Positions 29,336 through 39,021 of a stretch of DNA of 64,000 bases are shown in pieces (the stretch's first letter is position 1; each line of letters begins with the position of its first letter). The stretch is from Dehalobacterium sp. (lineage in GTDB: Bacteria; Bacillota; Dehalobacteriia; Dehalobacteriales; Dehalobacteriaceae): the NCBI GenBank assembly GCA_040766325.1, contig JAXGQR010000009.1, forward strand, positions 65,495 to 129,494, read 5' to 3'. The translations under genes and the position numbers were made by a program. A model generated the notes under the pieces. That model had not been told where the DNA came from and did not search any database. It was given only the letters and a program-made list of their open reading frames with translations.

Positions 29336-30112
29336 TTATTTTGAAGTATGGTCGCATTTGCACGTACGTTCTTCCGGGATTTTTTCTACTGTTTTCATCA
29401 GTAGCTTGGACAAATTAGCACTGTTCTCCTCCATCACATCCAGCACTTCCTGATGGCTTAACTCTGTAGTGGAAATGCCGGCAGCAAAATTCGTCACCAT
29501 CCCGATAGTAGCATAGCAAAGGCCTGCTTCCCGGGCTAAAACTACTTCTGGAACACTGGTCATACCCACCAGGTCCCCTCCCAGCATTTTAAACATGCGA
29601 ATTTCTGCCGGTGTTTCAAAGCGCGGCCCTTCCGTGGTAACATAGGTGCCTCCCTGATGGACCTTCACAATCAAGCTCTTTGCCTCTTGGGCCAGAATCT
29701 CTCTTAATTGGGGACAATAAGGATGGGTCATATCGGTTTGAGTGACCCCCTGATCTCCCCCATCAAAAAAAGTACTTACGCGGTTTTTCGTAAAATCCAA
29801 AAATTGGTCCACGAGAACAAAGCTTCCCGGAGCCATGGTTTCATTTAAGGAACCTACCGCTGCCGTGGCCAGCACTCTCTTGACGCCCAGTTCTTTTAAA
29901 GCCCAGATATTGGCCCGATAATTAATTAAATGGGGCGGGAGGGACTGGGTTGCCCCGTGGCGGGCCAGAAAGATAATTTCATGACCCTGATAGGTACCTT
30001 GGGCCACCTTCGCTTTTCCATAAGCATTTTCCACAATCATTTCCTGCACATTAGATAAAATACCCGGATTATAAACACCGGTGCCACCGATAATTGCGAT
30101 TCTTGGTGCCAT
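29336..30112 (-). CDS. mtnP: S-methyl-5'-thioadenosine (or -thioinosine) phosphorylase
   Basis: Contains IAIIGGTGVY, FLARHG, GPRFETPAE and DLVGMT. Its start codon abuts the ftsY stop. Confidence 0.85.
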   Translation of the reverse strand: MAPRIAIIGGTGVYNPGILSNVQEMIVENAYGKAKVAQGTYQGHEIIFLARHGATQSLPPHLINYRANIWALKELGVKRVLATAAVGSLNETMAPGSFVLVDQFLDFTKNRVSTFFDGGDQGVTQTDMTHPYCPQLREILAQEAKSLIVKVHQGGTYVTTEGPRFETPAEIRMFKMLGGDLVGMTSVPEVVLAREAGLCYATIGMVTNFAAGISTTELSHQEVLDVMEENSANLSKLLMKTVEKIPEERTCKCDHTSK

Positions 30113-31042
30113 TTACTCTTCCTCCCCTGCAAATAAGGCTTCAGAAAACTCCTTAGCTCGAAAATCTTTCAGATCATCGATCCCTTCCCCAATACCAATC
30201 AGTTTCACAGGAATCTTTAGTTCATCCCGAATGCCAATAATAACACCGCCTTTTGCGGTACCATCCAACTTTGTAAGGCAGATCCCTGTTACCTGAACCA
30301 CTTCACTAAAAAGCCGGGCCTGAGAAATGGCATTTTGACCTGTGGTGGCATCTACAACCAACAGCACTTCAACATTGGCTTCCGGTAATTCGCGGGAAAC
30401 AATTTTACCAACCTTACGCAGTTCTTCCATTAAGTTAGTTTTGTTCTGAAGACGACCGGCAGTATCAATGATCAGTACATTATCCCGACGGGAGGCTAAA
30501 GATCTACAGGCATCAAAGACCACCGCACCGGGATCGGATCCTTCTTGATTGTGAATGACTTCTATCCCCACCCGCTGGCCCCAGATAAGCAACTGATCAA
30601 TAGCCGCCGCACGGAAAGTATCTCCTGCTGCCAGCAATACCCGGTGGTTTTCTTGCTTCAAACGGTGGGCCAGTTTGCCGATGGTGGTGGTTTTACCGGC
30701 CCCATTGACCCCCACTACCAAAATGACATTCTTTTTGTCTTTGTCCACATTTAAACCCAGCTCTTCATTATCTCCTACTAGGATATGAGCAATTTCTTCT
30801 TTCATAACCTCCCAAAGCTGGGAGGCATCCTTGAGTTTCCGTTCTTTCACACGCTTGCGCATGGTTTCAACTAAGTCCATGGAAGTATTCACGCCTACAT
30901 CGGCTTGAATCAACATCTCTTCCAGCTCTTCAAATAAATCTTCATCAATGGTTTTATTAAAAGTTAAAACAGCAGAAACCTTGTCGACAAAACCTTGTCG
31001 GGTTTTTGTTAAACCCTCTTTTAGCTTATTAAATAAACCCAA
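30113..31042 (-). CDS. ftsY: signal recognition particle receptor FtsY
   Basis: GVNGAGKTTT, DTAGR and TKLDGTAKGG. TTG start with GGAGGA 7 nt upstream. Confidence 0.95.
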   Translation of the reverse strand: MGLFNKLKEGLTKTRQGFVDKVSAVLTFNKTIDEDLFEELEEMLIQADVGVNTSMDLVETMRKRVKERKLKDASQLWEVMKEEIAHILVGDNEELGLNVDKDKKNVILVVGVNGAGKTTTIGKLAHRLKQENHRVLLAAGDTFRAAAIDQLLIWGQRVGIEVIHNQEGSDPGAVVFDACRSLASRRDNVLIIDTAGRLQNKTNLMEELRKVGKIVSRELPEANVEVLLVVDATTGQNAISQARLFSEVVQVTGICLTKLDGTAKGGVIIGIRDELKIPVKLIGIGEGIDDLKDFRAKEFSEALFAGEEE

Positions 31043-31160
31043 CCTCTAGTCCTCCTTATCTACACTTTATTCACTAGGCCGCGTGACCTCGTCCATATTT
31101 TATCACACCAAGTTTATGATTACTACCGACTGTCCTGAAGAAAACCCCCCCCAAAAGATC

Positions 31161-31919
31161 CTAGATGTTAATACTCTCACCTACTTTTTGGAGAAAAATA
31201 GTGGGGATAAAATCCTCTTGCACCCGCCGATAATTGTTTAGGGTCAGTTTCGCCCATCCCTCATCAGATATCTTCCGCCGGGGCAGATGGAGAGCTACAA
31301 TGTGCCGCGGTTGAATATGATCTTCAATCACCTTTCTTGCCAAAGAACGAGCAACATAGGGAAATGGGGCAATTAATAAATCCACTTGAGCCTCCGGCAG
31401 ATGATAAGCACAAAAGTTTTCCGCTTCAGGCTCAGCATCCCCCACATGGAGAATTTTTTTACCCCCACCCTCAATCAGATAAGCAATATGGTTTATCTCC
31501 TTGAAGTCTCGTCCCATATGGTGCATCGGCAGAAAATGAATAGAAAGATCGCCCATCTGTAAAGATTTCTCGCTATTTGGGGACAAATCTTCCGGACTTA
31601 TACACCGGGAAGTCAGCTCAGCATCTAGGTGCAAAATCTCCCGGATCAGGTCTTGACTCCCGGCGACAAGGGCCTTCGGGTGATTTTTTAAAAATTGGAC
31701 CGTGCTGGGGGCATCAAAATGATCTCGATGCTCATGGGTAAAAAGTAAAAGACTAAGATCATGAAAGGGAGGAACGCTCTCCATGATTTGCCTCTTGATG
31801 GTGTCAGGTAAGCCCTGATAGGGAGGAATGTGGGAAGCACATAATCCATCTACCAGGACTCTTTGCTTTTGAAAATCCAGGAGCACCCCTGCATTGGAAA
31901 CATAAATAATTTTAAGCAC
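31161..31919 (-). CDS. MBL-fold metallo-hydrolase
   Basis: THEHRDHFD motif. The GTG at 31919 is preceded by GGAGA and overlaps the smc stop. The ORF-track extension to 32102 lies inside smc and is rejected. Confidence 0.7.
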   Translation of the reverse strand: MLKIIYVSNAGVLLDFQKQRVLVDGLCASHIPPYQGLPDTIKRQIMESVPPFHDLSLLLFTHEHRDHFDAPSTVQFLKNHPKALVAGSQDLIREILHLDAELTSRCISPEDLSPNSEKSLQMGDLSIHFLPMHHMGRDFKEINHIAYLIEGGGKKILHVGDAEPEAENFCAYHLPEAQVDLLIAPFPYVARSLARKVIEDHIQPRHIVALHLPRRKISDEGWAKLTLNNYRRVQEDFIPTIFLQKVGESINI

Positions 31920-34900
31920 TGACAATCTCCATATCTGCCAATTTAACAGACAAGCATTTGGAAACCCCATTTTCCTCCATAGTAATACCATAGAGCAGAT
32001 CCGCCACTTCCATGGTTCCCTGACGGTGCGATACAACGATGAATTGACTCTCTTGAGACAGTTCCTGCATAAAAGCGGCAAAACGATCCACATTCGTTTC
32101 ATCTAAAGATGCCTCAATTTCATCTAGGACGCAAAAGGGACTGGGTTTAACACGGAGGATGGCAAACAGCAGGGCAATCCCTGTTAGGGCCTTTTCTCCT
32201 CCCGAGAACAAATTGAGATGCTGCAATTTTTTTCCCGGCGGTTGCACGACCAAATCAATCCCGGTTTCCAAGATATTTTCCCTATCGGTCATAACTAATT
32301 GAGCGCTGCCACCCCCAAAAAGCCTGGTAAAGGTTTCGTTAAAATGGCGACTTACTTGTTCAAAAGTATTTTGAAAACGTTGGGTGATAATCTGATCCAT
32401 CTCGTTGATCACCTTAAAAAGGGATCCTTTGGCTTCTACCAGATCCTTTTGTTGTTCCGTTAAAAATGAATAGCGCTCCGTAACTCTTTGATGCTCTTCA
32501 ATAGCACTAAGGTTAATGGTGCCCAAAGCGTTGATTTCTCTGGCAATCTCGTTAATTCTCAAGGTTACCCCTTTTCTGGAGGGCAGATCTTCCTTTTTTA
32601 GGCGCGCCTGTTCAAAGGTTAAAGCGAATTTTTCATCCAGTCTTTCCCCTTGTTTTTCCCATTCCATCTCCAAACGATTCTTTTTTAATTCCCATTGGTG
32701 CAGTTCCTGGCCGAGGCGAGTTTGGATTTTAGCCATTTCACGATCTTCTTTTTCCAGCTCCGCAAGCTGCTGATTATCCGCTAAGCGCTTGTGTTTTTCT
32801 TCATTAAGGCACCTTTCCTCAACTTCTTTCTCCCGACTCAAGGCTAAGATCTGCTTTTTTTCCTCCTGAATCCCCATTTCCGTTTCTGCCAATTCAGCTT
32901 CCAGGGCCTTAGCCCCTTCTTTTTCTTGGGTCAGGTTGTGCAGCCTGCTTACCTTTTCTTCCTCTAAACGGTGCAGATTCCGTTTAGTCTCTCCCTCTTT
33001 CTGGATCAGTTCGGCCATTTTCACCTTCAGCTCGGTCAAATCATCATGATCTTCATTTAAACTTGTCTTTTGCTCTTTCAGCTCCTCCTGCAGGGATAAA
33101 AGAGCGGTAGATAAATCCTGATTTTCCTTTTCTAGTCTCAGCTGCAACTCTAAAAGCACCTTTTTTTCTTGTTCCAGGTTTTCTTTTTCCCGTCTGTTGT
33201 CATCTATTTCCCCACGTACCGCCAGGATATTTTTCTCCGTCATGGTATGCGCTTCTCTCAGCTGATTCTCCTCTCGGAGATTTTGCATCAATTGGTGTTC
33301 CCATTCCCGGATCAGATTTTGTTTTTGCTCCAGTAAATTTTTCTCTGCATTGAGTCCTTTACGGCAATCTGCCAGATCTTGTACCGTTTTTTCAAATTCT
33401 CCGGAGAGATTCTTGATCTTCTCTTCCAATTCCCCGATTTCATTAATCCGCGACAAGAGGTTTCGGCCCTTTTTTTGTTGGCTACCGCCGGTCAGAGAAC
33501 CGCCGGCATGAATTTGATCTCCTTCTAAGGTGACGATTCTCACCTGATGTTTTAGAGCACGGGCCGCACTAAGGGCCGCATCCATGTCCCGAACCACGAG
33601 AATCCGTTTTAAAAGGAAATCCACTGCCGGACGTACTTTGGCGTCACAGGTGAGCAAATCGGAGGCAAAGCCTAGTACTCCCTTCATATTTTGCACCTTT
33701 GCCGCAAGGTCTTGATTATCCGGCCGGTGAATAACATTCAGAGGTAAAAAGGTGGCGCGTCCTCCCTTGATACTTTTTAAATATTCGATCCCATTTTTCG
33801 CATCCCCATCCGTTTCTGTAACAATGTCCTGAAGAGCACCGCCCAGAGCCGTTTCCACCGCGAGACGCATGGAATCCTTGACCTTAATTAATTCTGCCAC
33901 CACCCCGACAACACCCCTTACCCCGGGATGCTTTTTCCGGGCCGCCAGTAAAAGCGCTTTGACGCCGGGAAAGTAGCCTTCATAATCATGCTGCATTTCC
34001 TGTAATAAATTGAGTCGAGTTTTCATCCTTTGCAGTTCTTCTCTTTGTTCCACTTCCCGAGCGGTCATTTCTTTTTCTTTCTCTTCCAGCATGCTAATCT
34101 TTTGGGATAAACCAACAATACTTTCTTCCGTCCATGCCTTCTCACGGCGCAAACCCTGTGTATTTAAACTTAAATCCTCTTGCTTTAACTGGTTATCACG
34201 CAAAAATTGCTCAAATTCCCTTTCTTGCTCCAGTAATCGGGACCATAAATGATCCAGGGCTTGAACTTTTTGGCCGCAGGCAGAAATCTTATTTCGTAAC
34301 TCAGCCATATTTTGCACCATCTCAAAAGAATCGTTTTTCAAAGATTCTATTTTTTCTTCCAGGGTGATAATTCCTGTGGTCTTATCCTTTTGAGCCTTTT
34401 CCCTGGCTTTGATAGAAGCATCATATTCCTGCACCGCTCCCCTTAGGGTGCTGTAGCGCTGTTTTTCCTGGAGGATACTTTGCTCCGATTGAGATATCAA
34501 TTGAGTCAATTTCTCAATTTCTTGGCGCGATTTTGTCAGTTCTTCCTTAATCGTATCCTGACGAGCTTTCCTCAGCCTGACCTCAGACTCTCCTTGCTCC
34601 AAACGGCTAAAAATCTGGAACACCTTTTGCTGTAGTTCATTAATTGTTTCATCCCGTTGAGTCAAGCGAAAACGCAATTCTTCAATACAGGCTTCATTTT
34701 TTCCCCGCTGGACTTCCATCTCAAGATGTGCTCTTTGTTTTTCCGCTTCGTTACTTTGAGCCTCCTGGAGCTTTACATGGATATCTTCCAGGATATGAAC
34801 CAACAAATTTATTTCCAAGCGATCACTTTCCTCTTTTAAGGCAAGGTAAACCTTGGCTCTTTCCGCTTGCTCCCGCAGAGGTTCTATCTGCGATGATAGC

Positions 34901-35490
34901 TCGTAAATGATATCCTGGACGCGCTCCAGGCTCTGTTCTGTATCCTGGAGTTTACGAACAGCTTCCTTTTTCCGGTTCCGATATTTGACGATGCCGGCGG
35001 TTTCTTCAATAATGCTCCTTCTTTCCTCCGGCTTAGCAGATAAGATCTCCTCCACCTTGCCCTGGCTGATAATAGAAAAACCGTCCGTCCCTATGCCTGT
35101 ATCCTGAAAAAGTTGATGGATATCCTTCAAACGACAAGGGGCATTGTTAATTAAGTATTCACCTTCGCCCGACCGGTAAGTGCGCCGAGTAATGCTCACT
35201 TCATTAAACTCCAAAGGTAAAAAACCGTCGCTGTTGTCAAGTACCATAGAAACTTCCGCCATACCCAAAGGTTTGCGATTCTTGGTGCCGGAAAAAATCA
35301 CATCTTCCATTTTACTCCCCCGCAAGATCTTGGCACTTTGCTCACCTATCACCCAGCGGATCGCGTCGGTGATATTAGATTTTCCGCTGCCATTGGGCCC
35401 GACAATTACGGAAACCCCCGGGCCAAATTCCAGCTTTGTTTTATGAATAAAGGATTTAAAGCCTTGTAGCTCAATTGATTTAAGATGCAT
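31912..35490 (-). CDS. smc: chromosome segregation protein SMC
   Basis: MHLKSIELQGFKSF...GPNGSGKSN, long coiled coils, a hinge, and C-terminal LSGGEK...LDEIEASLD. The ATG at 35490 follows AGGAGG. Confidence 0.95.
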   Translation of the reverse strand: MHLKSIELQGFKSFIHKTKLEFGPGVSVIVGPNGSGKSNITDAIRWVIGEQSAKILRGSKMEDVIFSGTKNRKPLGMAEVSMVLDNSDGFLPLEFNEVSITRRTYRSGEGEYLINNAPCRLKDIHQLFQDTGIGTDGFSIISQGKVEEILSAKPEERRSIIEETAGIVKYRNRKKEAVRKLQDTEQSLERVQDIIYELSSQIEPLREQAERAKVYLALKEESDRLEINLLVHILEDIHVKLQEAQSNEAEKQRAHLEMEVQRGKNEACIEELRFRLTQRDETINELQQKVFQIFSRLEQGESEVRLRKARQDTIKEELTKSRQEIEKLTQLISQSEQSILQEKQRYSTLRGAVQEYDASIKAREKAQKDKTTGIITLEEKIESLKNDSFEMVQNMAELRNKISACGQKVQALDHLWSRLLEQEREFEQFLRDNQLKQEDLSLNTQGLRREKAWTEESIVGLSQKISMLEEKEKEMTAREVEQREELQRMKTRLNLLQEMQHDYEGYFPGVKALLLAARKKHPGVRGVVGVVAELIKVKDSMRLAVETALGGALQDIVTETDGDAKNGIEYLKSIKGGRATFLPLNVIHRPDNQDLAAKVQNMKGVLGFASDLLTCDAKVRPAVDFLLKRILVVRDMDAALSAARALKHQVRIVTLEGDQIHAGGSLTGGSQQKKGRNLLSRINEIGELEEKIKNLSGEFEKTVQDLADCRKGLNAEKNLLEQKQNLIREWEHQLMQNLREENQLREAHTMTEKNILAVRGEIDDNRREKENLEQEKKVLLELQLRLEKENQDLSTALLSLQEELKEQKTSLNEDHDDLTELKVKMAELIQKEGETKRNLHRLEEEKVSRLHNLTQEKEGAKALEAELAETEMGIQEEKKQILALSREKEVEERCLNEEKHKRLADNQQLAELEKEDREMAKIQTRLGQELHQWELKKNRLEMEWEKQGERLDEKFALTFEQARLKKEDLPSRKGVTLRINEIAREINALGTINLSAIEEHQRVTERYSFLTEQQKDLVEAKGSLFKVINEMDQIITQRFQNTFEQVSRHFNETFTRLFGGGSAQLVMTDRENILETGIDLVVQPPGKKLQHLNLFSGGEKALTGIALLFAILRVKPSPFCVLDEIEASLDETNVDRFAAFMQELSQESQFIVVSHRQGTMEVADLLYGITMEENGVSKCLSVKLADMEIVSA

Positions 35491-35632
35491 CTTGGCCTCC
35501 TGAAAATTATCTAACAAGCATTATTTTACCATATTAAAAGATGTCATGATAGCTATTTAACCCTTAATCCCGGTGTATCCTCCAAAGGAAATGATACGTC
35601 TAGTGATAGAAGGAAGGTTAAAAAAGTGCTAT

Positions 35633-35661
35633 TTGACTCGGAAGATAATAAGTATTATAAT
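35633..35661 (+). promoter_or_regulatory. sigmaA-type promoter
   Basis: TTGACT, a 17-nt spacer, then TATAAT, 45 nt upstream of the NYN gene. Confidence 0.5.
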
Positions 35662-35704
35662 TTTTTAAAGATATATCAATAAAGATCGAATTAGAGGATA
35701 CCAA

Positions 35705-36460
35705 ATGGAAAATGATAAAAAGATTGCCGTTTTAATTGATGCCGATAATGTTTCCGACAAATATATCAAATACATTTTTGATGAAATCTCCAATCATGGG
35801 ATCCCCACCTATAAGAGAATTTATGGAGATTGGACCAAGCCGCAGCTTTCATCCTGGAAAACACTTCTCCTTAATTACTCCATAACCCCTATTCAACAAT
35901 ACGGTTATACCACAGGTAAAAATGCCACAGATGCAGCCTTGATCATCGATGCCATGGATATTCTTTATTCCAATAATGTTGATGGTTTTTGCATTGTGTC
36001 CAGTGACAGCGATTTTACCAGACTGGCATCGCGCTTAAGAGAAGCGGGGATGTATGTAATCGGCATGGGAGAAAGAAAAACCCCTCAGCCTTTTATTGCC
36101 GCCTGCGAAAAATTTAAATATCTGGAGGTCCTGGCAGCCATCCCTACAGAAACATATAACACCAACGGGACAAAAAAATTGGAGAAGCAGGAACCCCCCC
36201 AAGACGGCATGGCCACTATTGATGAACTGATTGAAGCCATCAGAACTATTGTTACCGATTGTTCTGATGAGGATGGTTGGGCATTTTTGGGTGAGGTAGG
36301 AAAAAGGCTGAATAAACGTTACCCCGATTTTGATACCCGAAACTACGGACACGCGAAACTGACCCCGTTAATCTCATCCTTGAAGAAGTTTGACATTCAG
36401 TCGCGCAAAACAAGTAATCCCAATATTACTCATAAATACATTAAAAATAAAGTGAAGTAA
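35705..36460 (+). CDS. NYN (LabA-like) ribonuclease domain protein with a C-terminal OST-HTH/LOTUS domain
   Basis: N-terminal IAVLIDADNV...SSDSDFTRLASRLREAG. C-terminal DEDGWAFLGEVGKRLNKRYPDFDTRNYGHAKL. Confidence 0.8.
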   Translation: MENDKKIAVLIDADNVSDKYIKYIFDEISNHGIPTYKRIYGDWTKPQLSSWKTLLLNYSITPIQQYGYTTGKNATDAALIIDAMDILYSNNVDGFCIVSSDSDFTRLASRLREAGMYVIGMGERKTPQPFIAACEKFKYLEVLAAIPTETYNTNGTKKLEKQEPPQDGMATIDELIEAIRTIVTDCSDEDGWAFLGEVGKRLNKRYPDFDTRNYGHAKLTPLISSLKKFDIQSRKTSNPNITHKYIKNKVK

Positions 36461-36602
36461 ACACAAACACTTTTACCTAAGTAAGATTCAGCCGTCGCTC
36501 TTTTGGGGCGGTGGCTTTTTGCACTTTCAGACTTAATACCCGTCTTGGGCTCGAAAAGTAATTAGGTGCAAGCATATTCTCCAAAAAGCGATGGTGAGAT
36601 AA

Positions 36603-38222
36603 TTGGACAATAAGAAAAAACTCGTGATTTTGTCGGACCAGACAACATCGGCTGATTTTCCTCTAGACCCTTTAACCAAAAAAATAGCCATGAACATCCC
36701 TCCCCGCCGTGCTGGTGATAACCGGGGCGATGTGGATACCCTGCGCCAAATCTTGACCCGGAAATTAGGCGCCTCTGTGGAGATTCCCCTTTCTTTGATG
36801 GCATCTATCCAGGAAATTCTGCATAGCAAAGTTCAACAGATGACTGTTACCTTGGCTGCAGGCAGTTTTTTTGATGATCAGGATCAGGTAACGTCTTGGC
36901 GCTTAATTGAGATTGAAAAAGGAGACCAATCTGCAGTGCATCTTGGGATTGCAGTGGATATCGGCACCACTACGGTGGTGGTTTATCTAGTGGATATGAC
37001 CACGGGGCGGATTTTAGATCAAGCATCTGATTATAATCATCAGATTCAGTTGGGAGAGGATATTTTATCCCGCATTATGGCTGCAGCCAGTCCTGCAGGT
37101 TTATCATCATTACAAAGTTTGATTGTTGATACCTTAAACAGTTTGGTTTATGAGGTGTGCCGGGAGGCTGCGGTCAAAAGTGAGGATATAAGAGCTGTCT
37201 GTCTCGGCGCTAATACAACGATGACCCACCTTCTCTTGGGGCTAAATCCTGCTTCTATTTGTCGAGCACCTTATATTCCCATGGTAAACAATCCGGGGAT
37301 CTTTACCGCTGGAGAAATCGGTCTCAAGATCCATCCTTTAGCTCCAGTTTATTGTTTGCCCAGTGTGGGTAGTTATTTAGGGGGAGATGTCATCGGCGGG
37401 ATCATAGTCAGCGGCATGCATCAGGAAGAAGAACTTTCTTTGTTTGCCGATGTGGGTACCAACGGTGAATTCGTCATCGGCAATCAGGATTGGCTGGTGG
37501 CCTGTGCCGGAGCAGCCGGCCCCGCCCTAGAAGGTGGCGTGACCGAGTGGGGTATGCGAGCTGAAGAAGGTGCTATAGACTCTGTCCATATCCATAATGA
37601 TCAGGTAACCTACACCACGATCCACGGTTCCCCTGCCCGGGGGATTTGTGGTTCCGGTTTAATCGATGCTTTGGCAGAGCTGTTTCTCAGTGGACTTATC
37701 GATCGCGGAGCACACTTTACCGATGGCAGAGAATTCTTTGTTCTCGTTCCCCAGGAAGAAACGGCTCATGGTCAGGATATTATTATCAGTCAAAAGGATA
37801 TTAACAATCTTATGCGCACCAAAGGGGCTGTGAACACTGCCTTAGAGGTTTTGGTAGAAGGGGTAGGCTGCACTTGGCAGGAGATCTGCAAATTTTACGC
37901 TGCCGGAGCCTTCGGCCAATATATTCCCATCGAATCCGCCGTCATGATCGGGCTCTACCCGGATTTGCCCCGGGAAAGAATGATCCGCTTAGGAAACAGC
38001 TCCGGAGAAGGGGCCCGCCAAGTCCTTATCTCGAATCAAAAAAGGCTGGAATGCGAAAAAGTTGCCGGCAAAATCACCTATTTTGAAATGAATGATAATG
38101 CGAGCTTTATGGATAAATATGCCGGGAGCAAGTTTCTGCCCCATACCAATCTTGATCTATACCCCAGTGTTCAAGAAGAATTAAACAAAAGGAGAAGGTT
38201 AAGAGACAAACCCGCAAATTAA
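36603..38222 (+). CDS. ASKHA-fold DUF4445 protein (RACo-like corrinoid reductive activator) lacking the N-terminal [2Fe-2S] domain
   Basis: Contains GIAVDIGTTTVVVYLVD, ADVGTNGE, AGAAGPALEG and ICGSGLIDA. TTG start. No Cys-rich ferredoxin module is present. Confidence 0.7.
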   Translation: MDNKKKLVILSDQTTSADFPLDPLTKKIAMNIPPRRAGDNRGDVDTLRQILTRKLGASVEIPLSLMASIQEILHSKVQQMTVTLAAGSFFDDQDQVTSWRLIEIEKGDQSAVHLGIAVDIGTTTVVVYLVDMTTGRILDQASDYNHQIQLGEDILSRIMAAASPAGLSSLQSLIVDTLNSLVYEVCREAAVKSEDIRAVCLGANTTMTHLLLGLNPASICRAPYIPMVNNPGIFTAGEIGLKIHPLAPVYCLPSVGSYLGGDVIGGIIVSGMHQEEELSLFADVGTNGEFVIGNQDWLVACAGAAGPALEGGVTEWGMRAEEGAIDSVHIHNDQVTYTTIHGSPARGICGSGLIDALAELFLSGLIDRGAHFTDGREFFVLVPQEETAHGQDIIISQKDINNLMRTKGAVNTALEVLVEGVGCTWQEICKFYAAGAFGQYIPIESAVMIGLYPDLPRERMIRLGNSSGEGARQVLISNQKRLECEKVAGKITYFEMNDNASFMDKYAGSKFLPHTNLDLYPSVQEELNKRRRLRDKPAN

Positions 38223-38278
38223 AATCGCTAGCTTCCTAAAATAAATGTGAAGTTTTTATGGGAGAGGGGGAACAGAGG

Positions 38279-38605
38279 ATGCCGATTTTTTCCCTGATTG
38301 CATTTTCAGCCTTGTTTATTTCGATAGTGTCAATAATTTTTGCGATTAAAGGTAAGCATCAATTCTACTGGATCTCATCTTTGGGAATTTATATTTTTAG
38401 TTTTTTAGCGGGTTTTTCCATAGGACTTGTGACCGTTGCTTTAACCTTTATACCTTTAACTTTGGCTATTGGCCATTCTTTCGGCTGGATAAAAACAAAG
38501 ACGCACCGCATCATTTCTCTTGGTTTTGGCATTTTAGTTGGGTCTCTGATGGTGATTTATGTAGGGAACTGGTTATTCTATCCCTTGTTTTTTCTATTCA
38601 ATTAA
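38279..38605 (+). CDS. small membrane protein, unknown function
   Basis: Three to four predicted TM segments. The ATG at 38279 has GAGGGGG 8 nt upstream. Confidence 0.45.
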   Translation: MPIFSLIAFSALFISIVSIIFAIKGKHQFYWISSLGIYIFSFLAGFSIGLVTVALTFIPLTLAIGHSFGWIKTKTHRIISLGFGILVGSLMVIYVGNWLFYPLFFLFN

Positions 38606-38675
38606 CAGATTTATGATTGTAACAAGTAAAATATATTTAAAACTTAAATTTTAATAATTATTGATGTAATAATAA

Positions 38676-38715
38676 AAAATAAGGGACCAAAATCATTGGA
38701 TTTTGGTCCCTTTGC
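38676..38715. terminator. bidirectional terminator
   Basis: AAGGGACCAAAATC-N4-GATTTTGGTCCCTT between convergent genes. Confidence 0.8.
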
Positions 38716-38740
38716 TTATGTTTCTGATGTTTTAGCCCTG

Positions 38741-39001
38741 CTATCTTTTTTGTACGAAAAACTTGATGGCGGTTTTTTTCTCATTATTAATCTCCACTTC
38801 GCTGAAAGCCGGTATGAAAACCAAATCAATCCCATTAGGAGCCACAAAGCCTCTGCTGATGGCAATGGCTTTTACCGCTTGATTCACGGCTCCTGCACCG
38901 ACGGCTTGCACCTCTGCTTTGCCCCGGCTTTTCAATACTGCCACCAAGGCTCCTGCCACAGCTTTTACATCTGAGTCACCTGCTACCCGTAAAACCTCCA
39001 T
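38741..39001 (-). CDS. spoVS: stage V sporulation protein S
   Basis: 86 aa: MEVLRVAGDSDVKAVAGALVAVL...AIAISRGFVAPNG. Confidence 0.9.
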   Translation of the reverse strand: MEVLRVAGDSDVKAVAGALVAVLKSRGKAEVQAVGAGAVNQAVKAIAISRGFVAPNGIDLVFIPAFSEVEINNEKKTAIKFFVQKR

Positions 39002-39021
39002 CTTATAACCCCCTAATTTTC

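Noticed and set aside
31920-32102. N-terminal extension of the MBL-fold ORF (ORF-track start at 32102)
   Set aside because: The extension lies inside the smc coding frame and reads as Cys/Trp/Arg-rich nonsense. A GTG with an SD at 31919 begins the conserved LKIIYVSNAG sequence.
35491-35517. Nine extra N-terminal codons of smc (MLDNFQEAK)
   Set aside because: The AGGAGG SD lies within these codons, and the conserved SMC N-terminus begins at MHLKSIELQGF.
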